NCBI GenBank assembly: GCA_004431415.1
Contig: QPMI01000607.1
Span: 1 to 64,000, forward strand
DNA: 64,000 nt
From: Cyanophora paradoxa CCMP329
Lineage: Eukaryota; Plantae; Glaucophyta
Reading direction: 5' to 3'
Shown piece by piece: positions 40,211 through 49,360 of this stretch (positions are counted from its first letter, which is position 1; every line of letters begins with the position of its first letter). The position numbers and the translations under genes are program-made. The notes below the pieces were generated by a model. It saw only the letters and a program-made list of their open reading frames with translations, had not been told where the DNA came from and ran no database searches.

Positions 40211-41467
40211 CCGCCGGACCCCCCTCTGTTTCAACCCCACCCCCGCCGGCCCTCTCCCGACCCCGCGAGCGGCTGCACGACGGTCAGGCGGGGAGAGAGC
40301 CGGGCAGGGTACGGGAGCGCGGACGAAGTTCTCCCCACGTACCCCCGCGTGACGGCACCTGCTGCGGGCGGCGTTTCGCGCCGGCGGCCGGCGTCGGGCC
40401 GGCGCAGCGCTAGAGGTGCGCCGCGAACCGTCGCACGCGTCCGCCTCGCGTCTCCTCTACCCCCGGGATCCCTCCCCCTGCGGGCGGGAGACGGCTGCAT
40501 CGCGGTCAGACGGGCGGGCGAGCGGGAGGTCGGGGCGGGGGGAAAGACGGGGGAGCGCACGGCGCGGCCCGCAGAGCTCGAGGCGGCCGACCCGGTGCGA
40601 CCCGAAAGCGGCCGACCCGGGACGAGGGCGCGGGGGATGGGGGGAGGGAGGGGGCGGGCGGGGGCGCGCTTGGAACCGTACCCCCCGCGCTCCATCGCAC
40701 GCCGCCTTGATCCGCCCGACGGCCGCATCCTGGCCAGAGGGATCAGATCCAGAGGGCGCGGCGGGACGGGAATCGGGGGCGGGACGCACGGGTACGACCC
40801 GCTGCGCCGCCACCAAGCGTAAGGCGGCTCGGCGGCTCGACGAGCGCCGACCGGCGCGCCGCGCGGCGGGCCCGCTCACGCCTCTCGCAGCCCCGCCGCG
40901 GTCCGAGCAAGGGCTGGACTGCGGTCAGCGCACCCCGCGCGCGCGGGGAAACGGGGACGCGCGCGGCGAGAGCGCACACGCACTAGTACTCGGGTCCCGG
41001 GGGGCGGGGCGCGTGCGCCGGCCACGATGCAGCCGATCGCGGGACGACGATGCCGAGAGCTGGCTGCAGCGATGATGCGCAGGCGCAGGCGGCGCTGGAG
41101 CCGGGCGGCCAAGCTCAAGGATCGGCAGCGGCTCGGATCGCCAGCAGGATCGCAGCGAGGGCGCCGGTGAAGAGCTAGAGGACACCTGCCGTGCGCAAGA
41201 AGCCGATGCCCTCCGGCCGCTCGCCCGCCTCGAGCGAGGCCTCGGGCCGAAGACGCGCGGGGGCGGCGAGCGGCGAAAAGCTCGACCTGCCGCGAGGTTC
41301 CTCGCGCACGCGACGCGCCCCAGGACGCGCAACCTCCTCGCCACGCGCACCCGAGAACGCCCCAAGCCGACCCGGCTAGGCTCAATGCGTACCCCTTTTT
41401 GCGCCGGCCAGCGGCGGCTTGCGGCTAGCCCGGCTTGAGGACTCGTCGAGCGCTCAACGAGTCCTCG

Positions 41468-43015
41468 ATGGAGGTTAGCGTTCCAATCGAGTTCAACACG
41501 GTCGGCAAGTGCATCTTTGAGATTGCAACCGCCCTGGAAGCCGCCGGCTGGGCGGGGGCCTGCGCAGTCTGCCGGCGTAACAGCGAAAAGCCCGTCGTCT
41601 GCCCCTGCATCGAAGCCGAGCTGGAGACGCTGCTAGGGCGGCCGGACGAGCGGTGCAGCGGAGCCGGCGGAGAGCGGCCAGCGCCGGCCGTGGAAGCGGC
41701 CCTGAAACTCAGCCTCGATGCGCTGCGGTGCTCCAGCTGCGCCACGGGATCTGGCGCGGCGGATCACGAGCACTCGGCGCTGTACGAGAAGCTCCGGGAG
41801 GTTCTAAAGACGGGCGCCGGCTTGCGGTGCCTCGGCTGCATCGGCCAGGAAGCCAGCATAGCGCTCGGTGCGTGTCCCCCGCGCCGCGTGCCGGCGCGTC
41901 GGCGGAGCGCGCTCCCGCGCATTAGCTATAGGGCGCTGCCGGCGCAGCCAGCGTTAGCTCGCGACGCCCGCTGCCGGCCGGCCGCCGACCTCGCCTTTTG
42001 CGCAGACCAGGGCAGGAACCCTACCGGCGTCCAGTGCGATAGGTGTCAGAAAACGAGGGACGTGGGCGAGTTTGTGCACTGCTCCCTGCTGGAGGCGTGC
42101 CTCTGGGCGCGGCGCTTCATCGGCAAGGAGCCCCCGGAGCCCCCCGTCTGCAGGCCCGTTCTGGAAGTCTTCCGCGAACTTTGCATCGGGAGCTACATGG
42201 GTGTCGCACCGGGCGGGGCCACGGGTAAGGCCTTGCCAACCCCTTGCCGCGTCGCGCCGCGGACCGAGTCGCGCCGCTCACTCTCTTCCGCGCCCGCGCG
42301 CCGCGCGCCGCGCGTGCAGAGCGCCCTTGCCTCGGAGACGGGTCGTCCGAGGGTGCGCCGCGCGCGCTCCTCCGGCTTACCCTTCTATCAATTCACTCGC
42401 GCGCGCTCAGGGGAGGCCTGCGCGGCGCTCGAGGGGCGAGGGGGCGAGCCGGGGAGCCCGGAAGCATCGGACGAAGAGGGCGGTGCGCGCTCCGCCCCAC
42501 GCCCGGCCGCGGCCTCGAGCGCGTGCCTAGAAGAATCGAGGCGAAAGGGGGGAGGGGGGAACCAACGGTGGGCCCCGCCACGCACGCGCGCAGATGCCCC
42601 GGCCGTCCCGGAGCCCCACACGGGTACGCCGCTCCGCTCACCCACGCCCTCCCCACCTACCCCCAAGCCGCGCCCATGTACCCCGGGCTCTGCGTGCGCC
42701 GACGTCGAGCGCAACGCAGAGCCGCCCAATGCACCCGGAGAGGGGGCCGGCGTGGGGAGCTCGGGGGGCGACAGGGGTGCGCCCGACGGCAAGGGGGGTA
42801 CGGGCTTCCCGCCCCACGCCAACTCGCCGCGCCTTGCCAACCCTGCGCTCGATTTTGAAGCCGCCCCAGCGCCCGAAGAAGCACCCCTTGTCGAAGACGG
42901 GAGCGACGGAGACGACGAGGCCGGCGAGGAGGGCGGGGGCGGCGAGAGAGGAGCGCCCACGGCAGGCCCCAGCTCTGCCGAGCAGCGCGGCAACGGCGGC
43001 GGCGTTGGCAGCGGC

Positions 43016-43046
<31 letters not shown>

Positions 43047-44107
43047 GCAGCGGCGGCAGCGGCCGCCCGAAGAGGGGCGCGGCGGCGGCGGCGGCGGCGG
43101 CAGCAGCAGCAGCAGCAGCAACAGCGGCGGCGGCGGAGGCGGCGGCACCTGCCGCCGCCGCAGAGGGCGGAGAGGCGGGGGGCGGAAAGGGGTCGCAAAG
43201 CAAGAAGAAGAAGAAGAGCGGAGCCGGCAGCGGCAAGCCCGCCCCCAAGAAGAGCGGAGCCGACGAGGCGGGGCCCTCCGGTGCCGAGGACGACGACGTG
43301 GGGCGCTCCCTGCAGCTGGTGGACAACGACTACGACGAGGAGCGGCCCCGCAAGGGCCCGCGATCCCTCGCCGAGCGGCTGCGGAACCCAAAGGTGGTCG
43401 AGGTGCTCCGGAAGGCGTTCGCGGAGCCCAGCCCCGCCGCCGACGGCTCGGGGGCCCCGGGCCCGAGCAGCGGCAACAAGGGCAAGGCCGCGGCCGGCTC
43501 GAAGCGGGAAAGGGGCGCGGAGGCCGGCGCAGAGGCGGAGCCGGATCCGGGGCGCCAGCAGCTCGAGCAGCTCGACCTGGACCTTCGGGGCGGCAAGCGG
43601 GCCGCCGTCGAGACGGTCGGCGAGCAGGTATGCGAGACCAAGGCCGTCCTCGAGGCGCTGGAGCGCAGGTTCGGGGGGGCGGAGGAGCAGCGCATGCGGG
43701 GCGGCTTCCTCGTCGCGGCGGGCGTTCTGCACCTCGCGGAGAAAAAGTTGGGAGGGGGCAGGCGAGGGCGCTACGATCGCCTGAAGGGGCTCCGCGGCGG
43801 CGACAAGAACGGCCTCGGCTGCCACTGGCCGGCGATCCAGAAGGAGGTGGAGGGCAAGTTCGGAGACGCGCTGCGGGCGGGGCACTTTCTCGTCGACCAG
43901 CGGACGTTTAGCGCCCTGCTGAGTGTAGGCGCCCTCGTCCGCGAGCGCCCGGCCTACGCCAACGTAGTGGGCCCCGTCCGCGCCCTCGAGTTTTTCCGCT
44001 GCCTCGCCATCGTGGCCAAGGCGGGTGAAGACGAGCTGCGCGAGCTGCGGGCGAGCCTCGGGCCCAATTGCAAATTGTCCGCCGAGCTCTTTTTCGCCAA
44101 CAAGTAG
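41468..44107 (+). CDS. Unknown protein (ORF 890 aa, probably with retained introns): CxxC motifs, Gly/Ala tracts, helical C-terminal domain; paralogue of 36611-38634
   Basis: Long ORF with CAVC..CPC, RCSSCA, GLRCLGC and CDRC. Probable intron at ~41868-42005 (GTGCGT..GCGCAG). The C-terminus aligns by eye with the 36611 protein. Confidence 0.65.
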
Positions 44108-44255
44108 AGCAGCTGCGGCCCCCTTGATTCCACCCCCACCCGCGCGCTGAGTATACGTAGCCCGAATGAACACTGCAAACTTTTCAAAGTTCTCATTGCG
44201 GCGGGCGGGAATAAATTGGAACATGCCTCGCATTAATACACAGATCAATTAAAGT

Positions 44256-46008
44256 CTAGGATGGGGAAATAGATGGCGGGATCGATATCGAGGCGGGCGC
44301 CCCGAACAGGCTGCTGGGGAGGTCGTCAAAGGACCACGTGGCCGCCCAGCGCCGCTCCAGACCGTCGTCCCGCGTCAGCATCCAGAGCATCTCGGCCGCC
44401 GCTCTTTGCGGCGGCGGCAAGGAAGGGGAGGGGCGCAGGGGCGCCGCTGCGGGGGCCCGGGGGGTCGGGACTGAGACGGGCGCCCCGAACAGGCTGCTGG
44501 GGAGGTCGTCAAAGGACCACGTGGCCGCCCAGCGCCGCTCCAGACCGTCGTCCCGCGTCAGCATCGAGACAATCTCGGCCAACGGCGACAGCTTCTGCCG
44601 CCGCCGGCGGCGGCTGCCGCTGCTGCCGGCGCCGGCGGCCGAGCCCGGGGCGCGCCGCTTCTTCGACTTTGCGCCGCTGCCCTTGCGCTTCGAAGTCGCC
44701 CTCAGGACGGGCGGGCTGTCCCACCACTCGCCGAAACGCGGGTCGAGGGGAAAGGGCTCGGGAGGGGCCGGCCCGTCGCCGTGAGCGGCGCGCTTCGGCG
44801 CCCCGCCGTCCGAGCGGCCCAGCCGTCGCTTTGTGTGCTCCGACTCGAGCACCTCGTCGCGGCTGCACGTCCCGAGCCTGGACTCTTCCAGCGCCTCGAA
44901 CAGCCGCGGAAAGTAGCCGCCGCCTGCGGCCGGTCCGGATCAGATCGTCCCACAGCGAGGCGGGAGAGGCGGCGGCGGCGGGGGGCGATACCGTAGCTGG
45001 ACAGGAGGATCTGCGGCGGACGGAAGAAGCCGACGTCAGCCGCCGGCAGCCGCCGAGGCCGCGACAGGCACGATGCGCACCTCTTGGCCGTGCCGAATGG
45101 ATTTGGTGGCGCGGACGGTGACCGTCTTCCTCCTGGTGTCGGCCGAGAACCTGGCGTTGGCCCTTGACCGGACGGGATACGCGCAGTTGAGGAAGCGCCC
45201 CGTAAAGTTCTCCAGCGCCGCATCGATGTAGTGGCAGGAATCGATTTTGAAGCAGTAGCTGCGCCCGCCGGGCCCCGCGCAGGTCGTGAGAGATGGTTGG
45301 GGCGAGCCGGACGGCGGACGCCCAGGCGCTCCGGCGGGGCGCAAGGGTGGGGAGCTTACACCCAGTCCCCGGTCCCCTCCATCTGGTCGAGCACGTGAGG
45401 GTCCGGGTTGCACAGCAGGATCCTGCGCGAGAGGCTCGGGGGGCGAGCTTGCAGGGGCGGAGACGGAGCAGCGCCCGCGCGGGGACCGGCGCACCCGTCG
45501 TACGGGCAGATAAAGTAGCGCGCGCTCGGTCCAAAGACCTCGACCTCTTCCGGCCTCTTTCCGAGGGCCGCCGCCGCCGCCAGCGCCTCGGGCGACGCCA
45601 CCGCGAACAGTCCCTCGCCGTCGCACACCGTGGATCGGCCGATCCGAAGCTGTTTTGGGCGGATTCGCTCTCAGAAAAGGAAACAAAAACAGATTTTGGC
45701 CAGGCCGGCCCGCCGCCGCGCACCCCACACTGGGCGAGGTGCTCCGCGCATAGCGGCGTCTTCTTTGTGAGCGCGGTGCAGCCCTTCCGCGCGCATCTCC
45801 GCAGATGAGACTCTTCGGACAGCCGTAGTCGGAGCTTCTCGCACTGCCCGCGGTCGTACTTTGCAAGGCGCTCCTGCACGAGCTGCAGCTGGACCCGCGC
45901 CTGATCAGCGCTCTGCCGCGGGGTCTTCTTCGGACGCGGCGGTGGGATCGATATGCATTGTGTGATCCGGAACTGTCGCAGGGCGCGTGAGGCCTCGCGG
46001 GAAGGCAT
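44256..46008 (-). CDS. Spliced SET-domain protein (putative lysine methyltransferase), ~6 exons
   Basis: Joining GT..CAG introns (e.g. 45723-45650) gives ..CARKGCTALTKKTPLCAEHLAQCG-LRIGRSTVCDGEGLFA..ICPYDG-..GDWV-YCFKIDSCHYIDAALENFTGRFLNCA..ANARF..VTVRATKSIRHGQE-ILLSSY-GGGYF. This contains SET motifs GxGLFA, RFxN and GxE..Y. Confidence 0.82.
44293..44565. repeat. ~90-bp direct repeat in the 3' exon of the SET gene
   Basis: Encodes MLTRDDGLERRWAATWSFDDLPSSLFGAP twice. Confidence 0.9.
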
Positions 46009-46128
46009 GGCCCATGCCGCGCGTCGCGTGCGTGTCTACCCCCAGCTTGGCGGCAGCGCCGCGCGTTTAAAAACGTAGAACCGCTGCAGCTCGCCCCGGG
46101 GGCAAGGATGGACGCCACGAATGCAGCG

Positions 46129-46425
46129 ACACATAGACAATGCCCGCGTTTTATCCCTCGGCTAAGTTTAATTATAATTTGTTTATAATTTACCTATATT
46201 TCTTGCATATTTAACGTTAATTTATGTGTATTTTATCCTTTATTCTTGTCTTTTATGTGCGTATTTCATATATAATACTAACGTATCCCTTACTGAAATT
46301 TAATGTATTCGTATCTCCGATGTATTTTACCTCTATCTCTCGTAATCACTTGTATTTGAGGTGGATTTTAAACTTAGATAAATTATATCACGCCTCCTGA
46401 TAAAACGCGGGCATTGTCTATGTGT
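46129..46425. repeat. Perfect 27-bp inverted repeat enclosing ~240 bp of T-rich DNA at the element end
   Basis: ACACATAGACAATGCCCGCGTTTTATC (46129-46155) and its exact reverse complement (46399-46425). Confidence 0.95.
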
Positions 46426-46770
46426 GATATTACGCATTATCGTGTATAATGATATGGAAATAATATGTGTATGCATTGTGAATGAATAATATGTAAAATA
46501 TGTAAAATGTATCAAAAGAAATATGTATGAAATTCTAACGGAATTCCGTCGAAAAATAATAAAATGTACTTTCTCGATTAAATGCGTAGCATATATGGAG
46601 CGGATATGGCGCCGCGATTGTGTTAAAACAGCTACAATGTGCTGTATGGAGCGCGGGGTGTATAATACAACAAGGATAATATATGATACTTGATGATACT
46701 TTATGATTACTTATAGTATTTTATGACTGATATTATGTTATTTTAATGGGTTCTTACTGATAATGGTATG

Positions 46771-46860
46771 TGTTACAGGTGTTACAGGTTCATCCCAAAC
46801 TTTCCCTAGGAGGAGGTCGGCGGCTTGGAACTTTGGGATTGACCTGTAACACCTGTAACA
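46771..46860. promoter_or_regulatory. Palindromic iteron pair (9-bp GTTACAGGT x2 facing ACCTGTAAC x2), origin-like
   Basis: TGTTACAGGTGTTACAGGTTCATCCCAAA ... TTTGGGATTGACCTGTAACACCTGTAACA. Confidence 0.6.
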
Positions 46861-46910
46861 CCACACTGAAAAACAATTAATTAACCTGTTACATCTTCTT
46901 TTACCACTTA

Positions 46911-47367
46911 TTACCGTGTCGGAAATCTCGATACTTTATGTCTCTCCGTATTAGGAGATCCACCAAAGATACCTATTATCCTCTCTTCTATTAACGATGA
47001 TATATTACATGTCTTTCCCTCCGCGTCCCTTCCGCAACTGAATATATCGATGGCTAACATGCCCTCGTCTGAGTAACAATGAGCGGTGCAATGACTCTCA
47101 TCTAATAGGAGAACTAATGTAAAACCCGGAGGTGAAAGACCACCATCGAAAATCTCGTAATGCTTGTGAACTACTCGTATACCTTGTTCTTGTATAATAT
47201 CTTGTAAAAAGTGCATTAACCATTTTGTTGTGGTCTCTAAGTTGTCCACTCCCGTAATTAGAAGAAGAAGAGTATGTATAAGACACGCCCAAGCCGGTTG
47301 TGCGGTTTTTAATTAGCGGACTCGAAAACTTGTAATCTAACATCACATGGAAGCCCCGATGGTTCAT
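46911..47367 (-). CDS. speD: S-adenosylmethionine decarboxylase proenzyme (small prokaryotic/viral type), one frameshift near 47270
   Basis: N-terminal GFHVMLD, then F..PPGFTLVLLLDESHCTAHCYSDEGMLAIDIFSCG, which contains the ESH autocleavage site and the DIFxCG motif. Confidence 0.88.
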
Positions 47368-47411
47368 TTATGAATTATATAGAAAAATTAAATTACGGAA
47401 ATAAGGTAAAG

Positions 47412-48812
47412 ATGCCGTCAGCACAGATAGGATTAAGACCCACTCCAAAGATCGTAAAGAAGAGCATGAAAGAAGATCAGGGTAACATGCTACCTATAAC
47501 CATTCCGATAGAACAGAAAAACACACGAATTTTAAAGAAGTCTGAGATAGTTAAAGAACTGATCCCGGAGGCATTGCCTACTGATACTGTAACGAAAGAA
47601 TCTAAGATTGCTAAGAAGTTTTACGATCCGCGCACCGGATACAAGGGTTTCGGAGCTATGAGGAAGGAGTTACCAGATGAAGACTATAAGAAGATGAAAG
47701 AATGGTATGATAAACAGGAAGTCGTTCAGATTAACGCGCCTACCCTTTCAAGAAAGAGAGACCCGATGATACCAATTAGGCAACCTCTCGATACCTATGT
47801 TATAGATCTTCTGTTTTTCCCGGCTTATAAGAAGCAAAATGACGGATACGATACGTTTATGTCCGCGATGGAATCAACGCTTAGAACAGGTTATATTATT
47901 CCGATGAGAGATAAGAGCGCTATTACGACTCTTGCCGCTTTCGAACAGCTACAAAAGAGAGTCCCTCGACCTATCGCACGCGTCCAAAGTGATAGCGGGA
48001 GCGAATTTACGAATACGGTGTTCACTAACTACCTTGCTAAGAAGTTCATCGATCATCAGATTAGCGATGTCGCAGATCATCGTAGTCAGGGTAGAATTGA
48101 AGCGTTTAACAAGCAGATCAAGCGGCTTATTACGAACTATTGCATAGCAAACAACACAGCGCGATTTTTCGATGTATTGGGTGACATTGAGTATAATTAT
48201 AATCATACTGTTCATTCAGCGACTAAGAGAAAACCCGCAGAAACCACAGATGAGCATTATAGAGAGATCATAGGTTTAGAAGACGAGAAGTTTAAGAAGT
48301 CGATGGCTTACTTAGACGGTATTCAAAAGGGTATGTTTGTGCGGGTGAGAATAGAAAAGAACCCATTCGCTAAACAGGGTGTCAATTGGTCGCGGATCGT
48401 TTATACTGTCGAGGGTAGGGAGGGTTTTAAGTTTCGGTTACGAAATCCGAATGGTGAATTGGTCGATGGAAGGTTTGCTTTCCACGAACTGTTACCTATC
48501 AAAGGTGTAGAGTATCATGAGGCGCCCACAGGTGATGCATTAGAACAAGCCAAAGAAGAAGCGCGTGTGGATGCGGCGATACGAAAGGAAGGCATCGAAA
48601 AAGCGGATGATGTCCCAGAAGAACCGCTAACACAAGCCAGAACTAAGAAGAAAGGGAAGGCGGAGCGTGAAATTAAGAAGTTGGTCATAGCAGGAACCCA
48701 GAAGCTATCAGAGGTCAACAGCCAGAGATGGTATACAGACTTCCAGACCTCAAAAGAGACATATACAGCACCTCAAACCCGGGTAAATCTACGATCCAGT
48801 TCCCGGAAGTAG
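47412..48812 (+). CDS. Retroviral-type (rve, DDE) integrase of the Polinton class
   Basis: FYDPRTGYKG; IDL (D), QSDSGSEF (D), GRIEAFNKQIK (E); YNHTVHSATKRKP; C-terminal G..VRV..F.K..NWS..Y.V..GRF..HEL block. No chromodomain is evident. Confidence 0.93.
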   Translation: MPSAQIGLRPTPKIVKKSMKEDQGNMLPITIPIEQKNTRILKKSEIVKELIPEALPTDTVTKESKIAKKFYDPRTGYKGFGAMRKELPDEDYKKMKEWYDKQEVVQINAPTLSRKRDPMIPIRQPLDTYVIDLLFFPAYKKQNDGYDTFMSAMESTLRTGYIIPMRDKSAITTLAAFEQLQKRVPRPIARVQSDSGSEFTNTVFTNYLAKKFIDHQISDVADHRSQGRIEAFNKQIKRLITNYCIANNTARFFDVLGDIEYNYNHTVHSATKRKPAETTDEHYREIIGLEDEKFKKSMAYLDGIQKGMFVRVRIEKNPFAKQGVNWSRIVYTVEGREGFKFRLRNPNGELVDGRFAFHELLPIKGVEYHEAPTGDALEQAKEEARVDAAIRKEGIEKADDVPEEPLTQARTKKKGKAEREIKKLVIAGTQKLSEVNSQRWYTDFQTSKETYTAPQTRVNLRSSSRK

Positions 48813-48938
48813 CTTAGATGCGTAGAGGATGAAAAGAGGATTCCGGCGATGGTCGCGGTTTTGAAAGGCGATCAGTTGGTGAAGAGTTATAGCAGTTTGT
48901 ATGAATTTCTTGGAATTTTTGGTTTCTTTGGGTTTCTT

Positions 48939-49062
48939 CCCCCATCGTTCTGACTATTTCCCCCATTGTTCTGACTATTTCCCCCATTGTTCTGAAACCA
49001 TCCCCCATCGTCCTGAAACCATCCCCCATTGTCCTGAAATCATCCCCCCATCGTCCTGAAAT
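48939..49062. repeat. 21-bp tandem repeat, ~6 copies, between convergent genes
   Basis: CCCCCAT(C/T)GT(T/C)CTGA..... repeated. Confidence 0.9.
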
Positions 49063-49360
49063 GTCCGAAATTCCCACGACATATATACACCATATATACA
49101 CGACATATTTACACTATATATACCAAAACCTCCGTAATGCCGTTTGACCGAGAACAAAATGTTTGGAAAAAATAATAAATAATATTATTATATATACATA
49201 TACATATATATAATCAAAAAATCGGAAAAAAACCCCTCGTTTTTCTACCGTATAAATGCGCCCGTAACATCGACTCTCATAGTCGGAGCATTTATATATA
49301 CCAAAGGATAAATACGTATATATCGTGTTCTCAATGGATAACCTATGTAAAATACATCAT

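Noticed and set aside
46119-46130. Exact terminus and TSD of the Polinton-like element
   Set aside because: The right end is outside the window, and ATGC precedes the AG in both families, so the boundary is uncertain by several bases.
48939-49062. Possible CRISPR array or 95-aa repeat protein (48814-49101)
   Set aside because: The repeats are contiguous with no unique spacers, there are no cas genes and the context is eukaryotic. The ORF merely reads through the repeat.
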